The translations under genes and the position numbers were made by a program. The notes below the pieces were generated by a model. The model was not told the DNA's origin. It ran no database searches and worked only from the letters and a program-made list of their open reading frames with translations. Shown piece after piece: positions 27,860 to 38,391 of a DNA stretch of 63,984 nt. The stretch is from an uncultured Methanosarcinales archaeon (GTDB lineage: Archaea; Nanobdellota; Nanobdellia; Woesearchaeales; CAXGTL01). The stretch covers positions 1 through 63,984 of the forward strand of contig CAZHVK010000005.1 in the NCBI GenBank assembly GCA_964535955.1, written 5' to 3'. Positions within the stretch are counted from its first letter, which is position 1. The number at the start of each line of letters is the position of its first letter.

Positions 27860-28144
27860 TTATTTACTTAGCCAATTATATAACCATATAAGTAACCACA
27901 TTCCTATAAAACCATCTAAGAATCCATAGATAAATCCTACTATTGCTCCACCGAATGATATTGAGAATCCTGGGTAGACATCCATGATTAATGTTAAGAA
28001 TTGTGTTGCATAACCGTTTCCTACTGAGATCAATGTTACTACTAATAATGCAACTCCCCAGATGATTCCTCCTGCTAAGCCGAATTTTGTAGGGTTTAGT
28101 TTTGGTTGTGGTTTTGAGATTTTATTTGTTCTTTTTTTTGCCAC
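27860..28144 (-). CDS. Small membrane protein
   Basis: Gly-rich TM helices, YPG and GFLDGF...YN pattern; GAGGTG SD before a GTG start. Confidence 0.8.
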   Translation of the reverse strand: MAKKRTNKISKPQPKLNPTKFGLAGGIIWGVALLVVTLISVGNGYATQFLTLIMDVYPGFSISFGGAIVGFIYGFLDGFIGMWLLIWLYNWLSK

Positions 28145-28151
28145 TTTGTGT

Positions 28152-28871
28152 TCACCTCTTTTGATTTATAAATAATGGTAAGTATGATCTTTTATTAAAC
28201 TTTCTAAAAGTTTTTCCATCTAAGACTTTTGTTTCAAAGCCTGTTTGTTTTAATATTTTCTTTATTTCTGATATTTTGAAGAATCCTGTTTTATGAGTTC
28301 CACGAATACAGTCCTTGTTAGTCATGATTGTGTAATTGAAATGGATAATGTTTCCATGTTTTTCTGAGTTATATATTCTTGTTAGATTGTGTTTTTTGAA
28401 TTTGTCTATTTGTGTTGGTGTTGATTTTCCTTTGTATCTGTCTTTTGTAAAACCAATGTCAAAGATTAAGTATCCTTCTTTGTTTAGGTGATTGTATGCA
28501 TTTTTTATTGTTTTTTTAAGGTCTTTTTTTGTTAGGTTATAGCCAAAGACATTAAACAAAGCTGTTATTAGGTGGAATTGCTTTTTTAGTTTGAATGTTT
28601 TCATGTTTGCTGTTTTGAATCTTACTCCTTTTACTTTGTTTTTAGCTATTTTGATCATGTAAGGGTTTAGATCAATGCCTGTAATTTTGATATTTTTGTT
28701 TTTTAGAAGTTTTATATGAGATGCTGTTCCACATCCTATGTCAAGCATTGTTATTTTATGTTTAAAATTCTTTTTAATGAATTTTTTTAGAAATTTTGTT
28801 TCTTTTTTATAGTTTTTAGAACTACTGAATATGTCGTAGAGTTGTGCAAATGTTTTTTGTGAATTTGTCAT
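28152..28871 (-). CDS. Class I SAM-dependent methyltransferase
   Basis: LDIGCGT, GIDLN..MI, L.KEGYLIFD. Confidence 0.9.
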   Translation of the reverse strand: MTNSQKTFAQLYDIFSSSKNYKKETKFLKKFIKKNFKHKITMLDIGCGTASHIKLLKNKNIKITGIDLNPYMIKIAKNKVKGVRFKTANMKTFKLKKQFHLITALFNVFGYNLTKKDLKKTIKNAYNHLNKEGYLIFDIGFTKDRYKGKSTPTQIDKFKKHNLTRIYNSEKHGNIIHFNYTIMTNKDCIRGTHKTGFFKISEIKKILKQTGFETKVLDGKTFRKFNKRSYLPLFINQKR

Positions 28872-28982
28872 ATACTATTTTTATGAGTTTTTGTTTATAT
28901 ATTTTGTGGTAAGAATTATTTTTGTAATATTTAGGAGCATTTAGTAGTAACATTTATATATGGTGAAAGGTTCTTTATATAT

Positions 28983-30443
28983 ATGACAAAGAACATAGGG
29001 CATTATATTAGTGGTTTTGTGATGTATGTATTATATTTTGGAATGTATTTCTTTTTTGGTTATTTAATACCTGAATTTAGTATTACAATAAATTATTTAA
29101 TAGACTTTGGTGTGTTGATTATATTATTTGGTTTGTTTTCTTTGTTAAGAACATTATTTTTTAAAAAAAAATCTACAAATGCACAAATAGGTGCATTATC
29201 TGTTTCATTTATTGGTATGTATTTAATCATAGATGTTGTTTTAAATTCTATTAAATTTTACCAAATGTTTGATGGGTTTTCAGCTACTGCTGCTGTGATA
29301 TTTTTATTAATACAAACATTTATATTTGTTGGATCAAAGATACTAATTGCATCTTATTTTGTTAATTTGTTTCAATCAATGTTTGGTATAAAAGAAAAAA
29401 TAAAAATTCCTTTATTTACTCAAGTCAAAGTTACTATTGGTTTATTATTTTCATTAGCAGCAATTTATGTACTGTATTACTTATTATTTTATTATGGGGG
29501 AATCTGGATTTTTATGTTAGGTGGAATTCTTCCATTAGTTATAGCAAGTTTTTTCTTAAGAGGGCCTAAAGGGCAAAAAGTAAAACAAGAAGATCATCCT
29601 AAACTATTTAAAGTAATATCAAGGGTAGCAGAAAAAGTTGGATTAAAAAAACCAAAACAAGTATTATTAACACATGATACAGGCATAGCTGTAACAGGAG
29701 TTTTTAAAAAAACAATGATTATAGGTGTTGCAGCACTTAATGCAATTAGTGTTGATGAGTTAGAATCAATTATTGCGCATGAGTTTGGACATTTTTATGG
29801 AAATGATACTGTTATTGGATATTTTCTTGCACACATACAAACTTCATTAGCAACAACTGTGAAAGGATTAAGTGCTGTGAGAAGAATGCCTGCTTTTCTT
29901 TTTATATATTATTTATTTATCTTATTTTATAGTTATGTATTTGCATTTGTAACAATGGCATATTCAAGACAAGTAGAATTTAGAGCTGATATTGTTGCTG
30001 CCCAAGTGTCTGGATCAAACATATTTTCAAAAGGGTTGCTAGATTATGCTGCATATTCTATATTTTTTGAACAAACAGCGTACAAAGCAATTGTTGAGCT
30101 TGCTAAAACTAATAAAATCTTTAAGAATATATATGATCATTCATGGAAAGTATATAGTTCTAAAGGTAAGATGCAAGAACATATTGAAAAATCAAAACAA
30201 GATCTTATAAAAGAAAAAACAAGCATGTTTAGTACACATCCATCTATTGGTGTGAGAATGGAAAATATTAAACACATGCCTAAAAAAGAGATTGTTAATA
30301 AAAAACCTGCACAAACACTTTTTAAGAATCTAGATGAAATTGAAAAAGATATGACAAAAGGTGTTTCAAGTGCATTTTTTTTTAAATTAGGTTTGATTGA
30401 TAAAGATGGAAATATTATTAAGAAAAAAGAAGATAAAAAGTAA
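28983..30443 (+). CDS. M48 (HtpX/Ste24-like) membrane zinc metalloprotease with extended N-terminal TM region
   Basis: IIAHEFGH, SRQVEFRAD, STHPS...R. Confidence 0.88.
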   Translation: MTKNIGHYISGFVMYVLYFGMYFFFGYLIPEFSITINYLIDFGVLIILFGLFSLLRTLFFKKKSTNAQIGALSVSFIGMYLIIDVVLNSIKFYQMFDGFSATAAVIFLLIQTFIFVGSKILIASYFVNLFQSMFGIKEKIKIPLFTQVKVTIGLLFSLAAIYVLYYLLFYYGGIWIFMLGGILPLVIASFFLRGPKGQKVKQEDHPKLFKVISRVAEKVGLKKPKQVLLTHDTGIAVTGVFKKTMIIGVAALNAISVDELESIIAHEFGHFYGNDTVIGYFLAHIQTSLATTVKGLSAVRRMPAFLFIYYLFILFYSYVFAFVTMAYSRQVEFRADIVAAQVSGSNIFSKGLLDYAAYSIFFEQTAYKAIVELAKTNKIFKNIYDHSWKVYSSKGKMQEHIEKSKQDLIKEKTSMFSTHPSIGVRMENIKHMPKKEIVNKKPAQTLFKNLDEIEKDMTKGVSSAFFFKLGLIDKDGNIIKKKEDKK

Positions 30444-30479
30444 AAAAGTTTATAAACTTAGGTTGAAATAAGATATAAT

Positions 30480-31058
30480 ATGATCAATACAAAAGACTTT
30501 AATGAAATGAGAAAAGAAATAGATACTTATGATGCTGAACGTGAGTTGTTAATCAAAAAATCTAGAGATGTTATTAGGCTTAGCAAAAGAATAATCTATT
30601 GTGTGCATAGAGAAGATATGAAAGATGCTAAAAAAGGTGTTGATGAAATCAAAAAAGCTGTTGCGCAATTGGATAAATTTACCAAGAATCATGCTAAACT
30701 TTATTTTGAAGGAAGTTATAAAGCAGCTATACAAGAATATGTTGAAGCTGTTTTGTTTTTTTATTGTATTGACAAAGGCAAGATTTTAACTCGTAAAGAG
30801 TTATGTGTTGAGACTAATTATTATTTACTTGGTATTTGTGATCTAGCTGGTGAGTTTGTAAGGATTGCTATTAATTCTGCTACAAAAGGCAAAACTAAGG
30901 TTGCATTCAAGATGAAGGATGTTCTTGAACAGATCTATGGTGAAATGATTAAGTTTGATCTGAGAAATTCTGAGTTACGTAGGAAGTATGATGGTATTAA
31001 ACATAGTTTGCATAAGTTGGAGAATTTGTGTTTTGAACTGAAGGTTAGGAAGAAGTGA
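30480..31058 (+). CDS. Translin/C3PO-family protein
   Basis: RELLIKKSRDVIRLSK, QEYVEA, YLLGICDLAGE, LRRKYD. Confidence 0.88.
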   Translation: MINTKDFNEMRKEIDTYDAERELLIKKSRDVIRLSKRIIYCVHREDMKDAKKGVDEIKKAVAQLDKFTKNHAKLYFEGSYKAAIQEYVEAVLFFYCIDKGKILTRKELCVETNYYLLGICDLAGEFVRIAINSATKGKTKVAFKMKDVLEQIYGEMIKFDLRNSELRRKYDGIKHSLHKLENLCFELKVRKK

Positions 31059-31101
31059 ATTTTTCAAAACATTTATATTCTAGTTCTATATTAACAACAT
31101 C

Positions 31102-31356
31102 ATGTCACTACAAAAAGAGGTAAATCTTATCAAAAAGAGAAATAAGAAAGTGGAAGCTGACAAAGCTTGGGAAGTTTCTTTATTCAGAAAATTGATTATT
31201 GCTATTATGACTTATGTTATTGTTGTTATATTTCTTTATTTAATTGATGCGCCTAATTATTGGCTTAATGCATTAGTGCCAACTGCTGGTTTTTTATTAT
31301 CAACATTAAGTATTCCATTTATTAAAAGGTGGTGGATTAAGAATAAGTATGGTTAA
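31102..31356 (+). CDS. Small membrane protein
   Basis: RNKKVEADKAWE followed by two TM segments. Confidence 0.75.
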   Translation: MSLQKEVNLIKKRNKKVEADKAWEVSLFRKLIIAIMTYVIVVIFLYLIDAPNYWLNALVPTAGFLLSTLSIPFIKRWWIKNKYG

Positions 31357-31368
31357 GAAATAAAAAGA

Positions 31369-32643
31369 ATGAAAAAAAAACTAAAACTAAAAAGAGAACT
31401 CAACTTATGGCAATGCACACTCATAGGTGTAGGTGTTATAGTTGGCGCAGGAATATATGCATTGGTTGGTAAAGCTGCAGGAACAGCAGGAAATGCTGTG
31501 TGGATTTCATTCTTATTATCGTCAATAGTTGCAATGTTTACTGCACTTAGTTATGCTGAACTTTCTTCTATGTATCCAAAAGATAGTGCTGAATATATTT
31601 ATTGTAAAAAACCATTAGGTAAGATGATTGCATATGTTGTTGCATTTATGATATTGATTGGTACAATTATGGCAGCGTCTGCTGTTGGTTTGGGTTTTGG
31701 TGGTTATTTAGCAAAACTCATTCCACTTAATGTGATTGTTTTAGCTGCAATTGGTCTTATTGTATTTGGTTATATTGCTTTTAGAAAGATAGAGGTTTCT
31801 TCTAATATTACTATATGGTTTTCTGTTATTTCTATTATTGGTCTTTTGATAATTGTTTTTATTGGTGCAAAGTCTTTTGGTAGTGTTGATTATTTTATGA
31901 TGCCAAATGGTTGGACAGGTGTGTTTTCAGCAGCTGCACTGATATTCTTTGCATTCTTAGGTTTTGAAGACTTGGTTAAGTTAAGTGAAGAAACTAAAAA
32001 ACCTAGAAAGACTATTCCAAGAGCACTTATCTTATCTATTGCAATCTGCACTGTATTATACATACTTGTTGCTGGTGCATCTGTAAGTGTATTAGGTTAT
32101 GAAAAATTAGGACAATCAGAAGCACCTTTAGCAGAAGTTGCTAATACTGTGTTTGGTGCAAATGTTTCTTTATTATTGACTATAATAGCATTGTTTGCAA
32201 CAGGAAGTACTTTGTTGATGTTATTGATTGCTGCTTCTAGAGCTGTTTATGGTTTTTCTTGCGAGAACTTACTTCCACCTATTCTTGCAAAAGTGCATAA
32301 TAAAACTCGAACACCATATGTTGCTATTCTTGTTGTAACAATTGTTTCTGTTCTAGCTTTACTTCTTGGTAAAATAGAATTTGTTGCAAATACAACTAAT
32401 TTCCTGGTTTTTGTGACATTTATCATGATAAATCTTGCTGTTATTATTCTTCGTTATACAGATCCTAAGATGAGAAGAGAATACAGGGTTCATGGTTGTA
32501 TTGGTAAGTTTCCTTTGATACCGTTTTTTGGTATGTTGTTCTGTGGTTTTATGATTTATAATATTCCTATTAAAGAAATTATGTATGGTTGTTTTGTTGT
32601 TTTTGTTGGTCTTATTCTGTATTGGTTGTTTGGTAAGGAGTAG
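31369..32643 (+). CDS. APC-family amino acid permease
   Basis: GVIVGAGIY, SYAELSS, FFAFLGFE, EETKKP. Confidence 0.93.
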   Translation: MKKKLKLKRELNLWQCTLIGVGVIVGAGIYALVGKAAGTAGNAVWISFLLSSIVAMFTALSYAELSSMYPKDSAEYIYCKKPLGKMIAYVVAFMILIGTIMAASAVGLGFGGYLAKLIPLNVIVLAAIGLIVFGYIAFRKIEVSSNITIWFSVISIIGLLIIVFIGAKSFGSVDYFMMPNGWTGVFSAAALIFFAFLGFEDLVKLSEETKKPRKTIPRALILSIAICTVLYILVAGASVSVLGYEKLGQSEAPLAEVANTVFGANVSLLLTIIALFATGSTLLMLLIAASRAVYGFSCENLLPPILAKVHNKTRTPYVAILVVTIVSVLALLLGKIEFVANTTNFLVFVTFIMINLAVIILRYTDPKMRREYRVHGCIGKFPLIPFFGMLFCGFMIYNIPIKEIMYGCFVVFVGLILYWLFGKE

Positions 32644-32690
32644 GGAAAAGTATATAAATACATTATCACTATTCATGTAAAATAGGTGAT

Positions 32691-34091
32691 ATGATGCTAA
32701 GAACACATACATGTGGGGAATTGAATAAAGAACATAAAGATAAGAAAGTTACTTTATGTGGTTGGATAGATAATCTAAAGAATCTAGGTAAGGTTGGTTT
32801 TATTAACCTAAGGGATAGGTATGGTGTTACACAGATATTTGTTCCACAGAAACTTCTAGAAAAATTAAAACCATTAAGAAGAGAATCAGTTATTAAGATA
32901 GATGGAAAAGTCAATGTAAGACCAAAAGCAAATAAAAAATTAAAGACAGGTGAAATAGAAGTACAAGCAGAAGACATAAATGTTCTAAGTTTAGCTGATC
33001 CATTGCCATTAGAAATTGGTGATGATAAAGCAGGTGAGGATATTAGATTAAAGTATAGGTATCTTGACTTAAGGCAAGAAAAATTGCAAAAAAATATGGA
33101 ATTAAGACATAAATCAATTTTCTTTATGAGAAAGTTCTTAGATGAAAGGGGTTTTTATGAGATGACAACTCCAATATTAACTGTATCATCACCAGAAGGT
33201 GCAAGAGATTATTTGGTTCCTTCAAGACTTCATAAAGGTAAGTTTTATGCTCTACCACAATCACCACAACAATATAAACAGTTGTTAATGGTAGCTGGTT
33301 TTGATAGATATTTTCAGATAGCGCCTTGTTTTAGAGATGAAGATGCTCGTGCACATAGATGTCCTGGTGAATTTTATCAATTAGACATGGAGATGAGCTT
33401 TGTTACACAAGAAGATATTCTTAATATTACTGAAGAGCTTATGATAAAAATGGTAAAAGAAGTTTTTCCTGATAAAAAATTAACATTTAAAAAATTTCCT
33501 AGGTTAAATTATCATGATGTGATGAAAGAGTATAAAACCGATTGTCCTGACTTAAGAAAGAATAAAGAAGATCCTAATGAATTAGCATTTTGCTGGGTTA
33601 TTAATTTTCCATTGTTTACAGAGCAAAGTGAAGAAGATTATTTCCATGGAGCTGGTGAAAAATGGGCACCATCTCATCACATGTTTACAATGCCTAGAGA
33701 AGAAGATCTTAAATTATTAGATACTGATCCAGGAAAAGCAAAATCTTATCAGCATGATCTTGTATTAAATGGTTATGAAGTAGGTGGTGGATCAGTAAGG
33801 ATACATAATGCTAAAATACAGGAAAAGATATTTGATTTGATTGGGTTTAGTGCTGAACAGAAAAAGGTGTTTCAGCACATGCTGACTGCTTTTAAATATG
33901 GTGTTCCTCCACATGGTGGAATTGCACCTGGCATTGATAGATTGTTAATGGTAATACTTGGTGAAAAATCTATAAGAGAAGCTGTTGCATTTCCTAAAAA
34001 CAAAGAAGCTAAAGATCTTACAATGGGTGCTCCTTCAAAGGTTTCTGAAGAACAATTAGAAGAGTTAGGTATATTTCATTATATGGAATAA
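32691..34091 (+). CDS. aspS: Aspartate--tRNA ligase, bacterial type, shortened (insertion/GAD domain largely missing)
   Basis: RTHTCGEL, RLKYRYLDLR, PEGARDYLVPSR, ALPQSPQQYKQLLM, PPHGGIAPGIDR. Confidence 0.95.
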   Translation: MMLRTHTCGELNKEHKDKKVTLCGWIDNLKNLGKVGFINLRDRYGVTQIFVPQKLLEKLKPLRRESVIKIDGKVNVRPKANKKLKTGEIEVQAEDINVLSLADPLPLEIGDDKAGEDIRLKYRYLDLRQEKLQKNMELRHKSIFFMRKFLDERGFYEMTTPILTVSSPEGARDYLVPSRLHKGKFYALPQSPQQYKQLLMVAGFDRYFQIAPCFRDEDARAHRCPGEFYQLDMEMSFVTQEDILNITEELMIKMVKEVFPDKKLTFKKFPRLNYHDVMKEYKTDCPDLRKNKEDPNELAFCWVINFPLFTEQSEEDYFHGAGEKWAPSHHMFTMPREEDLKLLDTDPGKAKSYQHDLVLNGYEVGGGSVRIHNAKIQEKIFDLIGFSAEQKKVFQHMLTAFKYGVPPHGGIAPGIDRLLMVILGEKSIREAVAFPKNKEAKDLTMGAPSKVSEEQLEELGIFHYME

Positions 34092-34139
34092 TAGAATAAG
34101 CTTTATAAATACTTAATATTTTCTAAGTAGTAAACATAT

Positions 34140-34276
34140 GCCCCTGTAGCTTAGCAGGTGGAGCGCGCGGCTGTTATCTATTTATATGACAGTGACCGCG
34201 TGGTCGACAGTTCGAGCAAACTCATTGGCATTCGATGCTTTCGAAGCCAGTGTCTTCGAAAATCTGTCCGGGGGCG
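34140..34276 (+). tRNA. tRNA-Asn(GUU) with two introns (37/38: 34177-34194; 59/60: 34217-34262)
   Basis: GCCCCTG/CGGGGGC acceptor; CGCGG/CCGCG anticodon stem; BHB-type helices CTGT/ACAG and TTCG/CGAA. Confidence 0.9.
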
Positions 34277-34296
34277 CTTTTTTTTTAACAAATAAA

Positions 34297-34581
34297 ATGA
34301 AACTAGACAAAGAACTAATAAAAAAAGTGGCTGATAATGCGAGGCTGAAGTTAACTGATAAAGAGGTTGATAAGTTTTTGCCTCAGTTTAAAGAAATTCT
34401 TGATGTGTTTTCTAAGTTGAATAAAGTTGATACTGAAAAAGTCAAGCCTAGTTTTCAACCGATTAAAGTAAAGAATGTGTTTAGAGATGATGTAGTCGAA
34501 GAAAGTCTTAGTGAAGAAGAAGTTTTTCAAAATGTTAAGAATAAGGAAAAGGGTTATTTTAGAGGGCCTAAGGCTGTGTAA
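34297..34581 (+). CDS. gatC: Asp/Glu-tRNA amidotransferase subunit C
   Basis: VADNARLKL, NVFRDD, GYFRGPK; start reassigned downstream of the tRNA. Confidence 0.92.
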   Translation: MKLDKELIKKVADNARLKLTDKEVDKFLPQFKEILDVFSKLNKVDTEKVKPSFQPIKVKNVFRDDVVEESLSEEEVFQNVKNKEKGYFRGPKAV

Positions 34582-34605
34582 TTTATTATAATTAAAAGAT
34601 AAAAA

Positions 34606-35937
34606 ATGGATATAAAAAAAGCAATTGCTGAAGTTGAGAAAATTGACAAAGAATTCCACTACTTTAATCACATAATTAAAAAACCAGAAGAAAGAAATGG
34701 TAAACTTGATTATTTTATAAGTATAAAGGATTGTATATGTGTCAAAGATGTTCCATCGACTGCTGGTTCTAAAATACTGGATGGATATGTGCCTAGGTTT
34801 GATGCAACTGCTGTTGAAAAGATCAGGGAAATGGGTGGTGTGATTATCGGTAAGACTGCTCAAGATGCATTTGGTTTTGGATCTTTCTCCACCAATGTAG
34901 GCATAGGTAAGAAAATACCACTTAATCCATTTGATAAGACCAGAACTTGCGGTGGTTCATCAGGAGGTGGTGCTGGTTTTACACAAAAGTTTTCTATGCC
35001 ACACATTGCATTAGCTGAGTCAACAGGTGGTTCAATAGTGTGTCCTGCTAGTTTTTGTGGTGTTGTTGGTTTGTGTCCTACATATGGTAGGGTTTCTAGG
35101 TATGGATTAATGGACTATGCAAATTCAATGGACAAGATTGGACCAATGGCTAAGACAACAAGGGAGTGTGCTTTATTACTTGATGTAATTAGTGGAAAAG
35201 ATGATAAAGATAGTACTTGTGTTAGTGGAATTGATAGTGGTGCAGGATTTGAAAAATATGTTGGAAAAGGTATTAGTGGATTAAAAATTGGTTTGATAAA
35301 ACAAGGTTTTGGAAAAGGTGTTGATAAAGAGGTTGGAAAATTGGTTATGGCTGCTGTTGAAAAATTAGGTTTAAAGTGTGAAGAAGTTAGTCTGCCATTG
35401 ACTGCTGAGTATGGGATTGCAACTTATTATCTGATTGCAATGACAGAAGCTTCTACCAATCTTGCAAAATATTGTGGTCTTCGATATGGTGTTGAAGGAA
35501 ATGTGGATGGAAAAAGTTTCAATACATACTTCACAGAGATTCGGTCAGCAAACTTTAATGAAGAAAGTAAAAGAAGAATTATACTTGGTACATTTGCAAG
35601 AATGGCTGGATTCAGAGATGCTTATTATCTAAAAGCTATGAAAGTTCGTACACTTATTATTAATGAGTTTAAAGAATTGTTTAAAAAGTATGATGTTTTG
35701 ATTTCACCGACAATGCCTGTGATTGCACCTAAGTTTTCTGAGATAGAAAAGATGACACCATTGCAAAATTATATGATGGATTTTTTGACTGTTGGACCTA
35801 ATCTTTGTGGTTTTCCACATATGACTGTTCCATGTGGTTTTAGTGATGGTATGCCTGTTGGTATCATGTTTATTAGTGATCATTTTAATGAAGGCAAAAT
35901 TATACAAATTGGAGATTATTATGAGCAAATCAGATAA
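34606..35937 (+). CDS. gatA: Asp/Glu-tRNA amidotransferase subunit A
   Basis: IKD, GGSSGG, ESTGGSI, PTYGRVSRYG, KRRIILGTF. Confidence 0.95.
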   Translation: MDIKKAIAEVEKIDKEFHYFNHIIKKPEERNGKLDYFISIKDCICVKDVPSTAGSKILDGYVPRFDATAVEKIREMGGVIIGKTAQDAFGFGSFSTNVGIGKKIPLNPFDKTRTCGGSSGGGAGFTQKFSMPHIALAESTGGSIVCPASFCGVVGLCPTYGRVSRYGLMDYANSMDKIGPMAKTTRECALLLDVISGKDDKDSTCVSGIDSGAGFEKYVGKGISGLKIGLIKQGFGKGVDKEVGKLVMAAVEKLGLKCEEVSLPLTAEYGIATYYLIAMTEASTNLAKYCGLRYGVEGNVDGKSFNTYFTEIRSANFNEESKRRIILGTFARMAGFRDAYYLKAMKVRTLIINEFKELFKKYDVLISPTMPVIAPKFSEIEKMTPLQNYMMDFLTVGPNLCGFPHMTVPCGFSDGMPVGIMFISDHFNEGKIIQIGDYYEQIR

Positions 35938-37369
35938 AATTTTAATAGGATTAGAAACTCATGTTCAGTTGAATACAGATAGTAAATTGTTTTGTGGATG
36001 TGCGACTAAACCTGTTACTGGTCTTGAGAATAGTAGTGATGATAAACAAAACTCTCGTTGTTGTGCTGTTTGCCTTGGACATCCTGGTTCAAAACCAATG
36101 CTTAATCAAAAAGCAGTTGACTTTGCTCTGAAATTGTGCATTGCTTTAGGATGTAAGATTGAACCTAAGATATTCTTCTCGCGTAAGACTTATTTTTATC
36201 CTGACATGGCTAAGAATTTTCAGATAACACAGTATGAAATCCCTTTAGGTAAAAATGGATTTATTAAATTAAAAGATGGTACAATTGTAAAGATTGAAAG
36301 AATACATATTGAAGAAGATCCTGCTGCACTTGTTCATGATGGAAGTATTACTGAATCTAATCATGTTTTGATTGATTATAATCGTTCTGGAATTCCATTG
36401 TGTGAAATCGTAACAACACCTTGCATGAATAACCCTTCACAAGCTCGTGAATTTTTAAATGAGATGGTTAGGATTATAAAATATCTTAATATATTTGATG
36501 AAGATACATGTGTTCTTAAGACAGATGCAAATGTTAATATTATAGGACATCCAAGAATAGAGGTCAAAAATATAACTGGGTTTAAAGAGATTGAAAGAGC
36601 TTTGAATTATGAAATAAAAAGACAAAGAGCTGTTCTTGATAGGATGAAAACTAATGGTAAAAAGATTGAATTAAAACAAGCAACAATGGCATGGGATGCT
36701 AATACAAAATCAACAAGAATGTTAAGAACAAAAGAAACAGAAGCAGATTATGGTTATATATTTGATGCTGATTTAGTTGAAACAGAAATTCTTGATGAAA
36801 TGGTTTCTGTTATTAAAAATAATATACCTGAATTAGCTCATGTAAGAACTAAACGTTATTCTAAGAATCTTGGAGTTAATCAAGTTGATGCTGAAGTGTT
36901 GAGTGCTGAGATAGAGGTTGCTGAATTGTTTGAAAAAGTTGCTGCTGAAATTGATCCTAAGCTAGCTGCTAAATGGTTGAGGAGAGAACTACTTCGTGTT
37001 CTTAATTATAATAAAAAATCTCTGAAAGATATTGAGATGGATGAAAAACAAGTGATTGAATTATTGCAAATGGTTGAGAATAATGAAATAACAGAAACAA
37101 GTGCACAAAAAATCATGGAGAAATTGGTTGAGGGATCATTTTCACCAAAACAATATGCTGAAGATCATAAGTTGGTTGTGATTAGTGATAAAAATAGGTT
37201 GAAGAAAATTTGTAAACAAGTTGTTGATGAGAACAAGAAAGTTGTTGATGATTATTTAAATGGTAATTCCAAAGCATTTAGGTTCTTGATTGGTCAAGTT
37301 ATGAAAAAGACTAATAATATGGCTGATCCAAGAATTGTTAATGAGATTTTGAAGAAATTGGTTAAGTGA
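35921..37369 (+). CDS. gatB: Asp/Glu-tRNA amidotransferase subunit B
   Basis: IGLETHVQL, RKTYFYPD, HIEED, DYNRSG.PL.EIVT, EVKN. Confidence 0.96.
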   Translation: MSKSDKILIGLETHVQLNTDSKLFCGCATKPVTGLENSSDDKQNSRCCAVCLGHPGSKPMLNQKAVDFALKLCIALGCKIEPKIFFSRKTYFYPDMAKNFQITQYEIPLGKNGFIKLKDGTIVKIERIHIEEDPAALVHDGSITESNHVLIDYNRSGIPLCEIVTTPCMNNPSQAREFLNEMVRIIKYLNIFDEDTCVLKTDANVNIIGHPRIEVKNITGFKEIERALNYEIKRQRAVLDRMKTNGKKIELKQATMAWDANTKSTRMLRTKETEADYGYIFDADLVETEILDEMVSVIKNNIPELAHVRTKRYSKNLGVNQVDAEVLSAEIEVAELFEKVAAEIDPKLAAKWLRRELLRVLNYNKKSLKDIEMDEKQVIELLQMVENNEITETSAQKIMEKLVEGSFSPKQYAEDHKLVVISDKNRLKKICKQVVDENKKVVDDYLNGNSKAFRFLIGQVMKKTNNMADPRIVNEILKKLVK

Positions 37370-37441
37370 ATTATAATTAAATTTATAAATAAATTTACTT
37401 TTGCATTACTAATAGACACAAGATATATGGGGGATGATAAT

Positions 37442-37855
37442 ATGGAAGTGCATGACTTAATGTATAGAAATCATTGTTTGTTAGAGAAGTTTTTAAAAGA
37501 TCTTGAAATTGATCTTGGTATGGATAAGTTTAATAAATTTAAATGGGAGCTTGAGAAACATTTTTTTATGGAAGAAAAAGCAATATTTCAAAGTATTGAT
37601 GATGCTAAAGCAGCTGCAATGGTAGCAGATGTTAATAAGCAACATATTCAGATAATGAAATTGTTAGATGAAATAGAAATAAATATGGCTATAGAAGGTA
37701 ATGAAGCTGATTTATCTAAATTAAAAACATTATTAATAACTCATAAAGATTATGAAGATCAAACTTTATATCCAAAGTTAGATGAAGTGTTGAGTGATGA
37801 TCAAAAACAAAAAATTATTGCAAGGATAAAAGAAATGTATCCTGAATTATGTTGA
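37442..37855 (+). CDS. Hemerythrin-domain protein
   Basis: H...HFFMEE...H...HKDYED..LYP pattern. Confidence 0.85.
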   Translation: MEVHDLMYRNHCLLEKFLKDLEIDLGMDKFNKFKWELEKHFFMEEKAIFQSIDDAKAAAMVADVNKQHIQIMKLLDEIEINMAIEGNEADLSKLKTLLITHKDYEDQTLYPKLDEVLSDDQKQKIIARIKEMYPELC

Positions 37856-37865
37856 GGTGAATAAA

Positions 37866-38387
37866 ATGGTAAAATTATTTAGATGTAAAATATGCGGTGA
37901 CCCACATATTGGTGAAAGTGCACCTTCAAGATGCCCATTCTGTGGTGCATATGAAGAAAATATTGTTGAAATTGAAAAGTATAATGTAAACTTTGATGTA
38001 GAACTAAGTGATAAAGATAAAGCATTTGTTGAAAAAGCATTACAAGTTGAGATTGGTAATGCAGAATTTTATGCTTGTGCCAGTGGGAAGGTTTTAGAAG
38101 AAGAAGGAAAACAATTGTTCAAAGTGTTGAAAAAAGTTGAAGCAGAACATGCATCTATATGGAAGAAAATCTTGAAATTAGATAAAATTGACATTGGAAA
38201 ATCAGAAAAATGTTCAGAAAATTATAAAGATAATCTGCAAGAATCACATGATCGTGAAACAAAAGCAATTGATTTTTATAAAAAAGCAGCTGCTGAGTGT
38301 GATAATGATCGTGTTAAAGAGTTATTTGAAGCTTTGGTATTGGTAGAACAGGATCATTTGAAATTGTCTGGTGTTAGGTTGGGGTGA
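37866..38387 (+). CDS. Rubredoxin-ferritin-like protein (reverse rubrerythrin-like)
   Basis: CKICG...CPFCG followed by EAEH and EQDH di-iron motifs. Confidence 0.88.
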   Translation: MVKLFRCKICGDPHIGESAPSRCPFCGAYEENIVEIEKYNVNFDVELSDKDKAFVEKALQVEIGNAEFYACASGKVLEEEGKQLFKVLKKVEAEHASIWKKILKLDKIDIGKSEKCSENYKDNLQESHDRETKAIDFYKKAAAECDNDRVKELFEALVLVEQDHLKLSGVRLG

Positions 38388-38391
38388 TAAT

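Noticed and set aside
34186..34296. N-terminal extension of GatC in the ORF track
   Set aside because: Overlaps tRNA-Asn; GatC similarity starts at ATG 34297.
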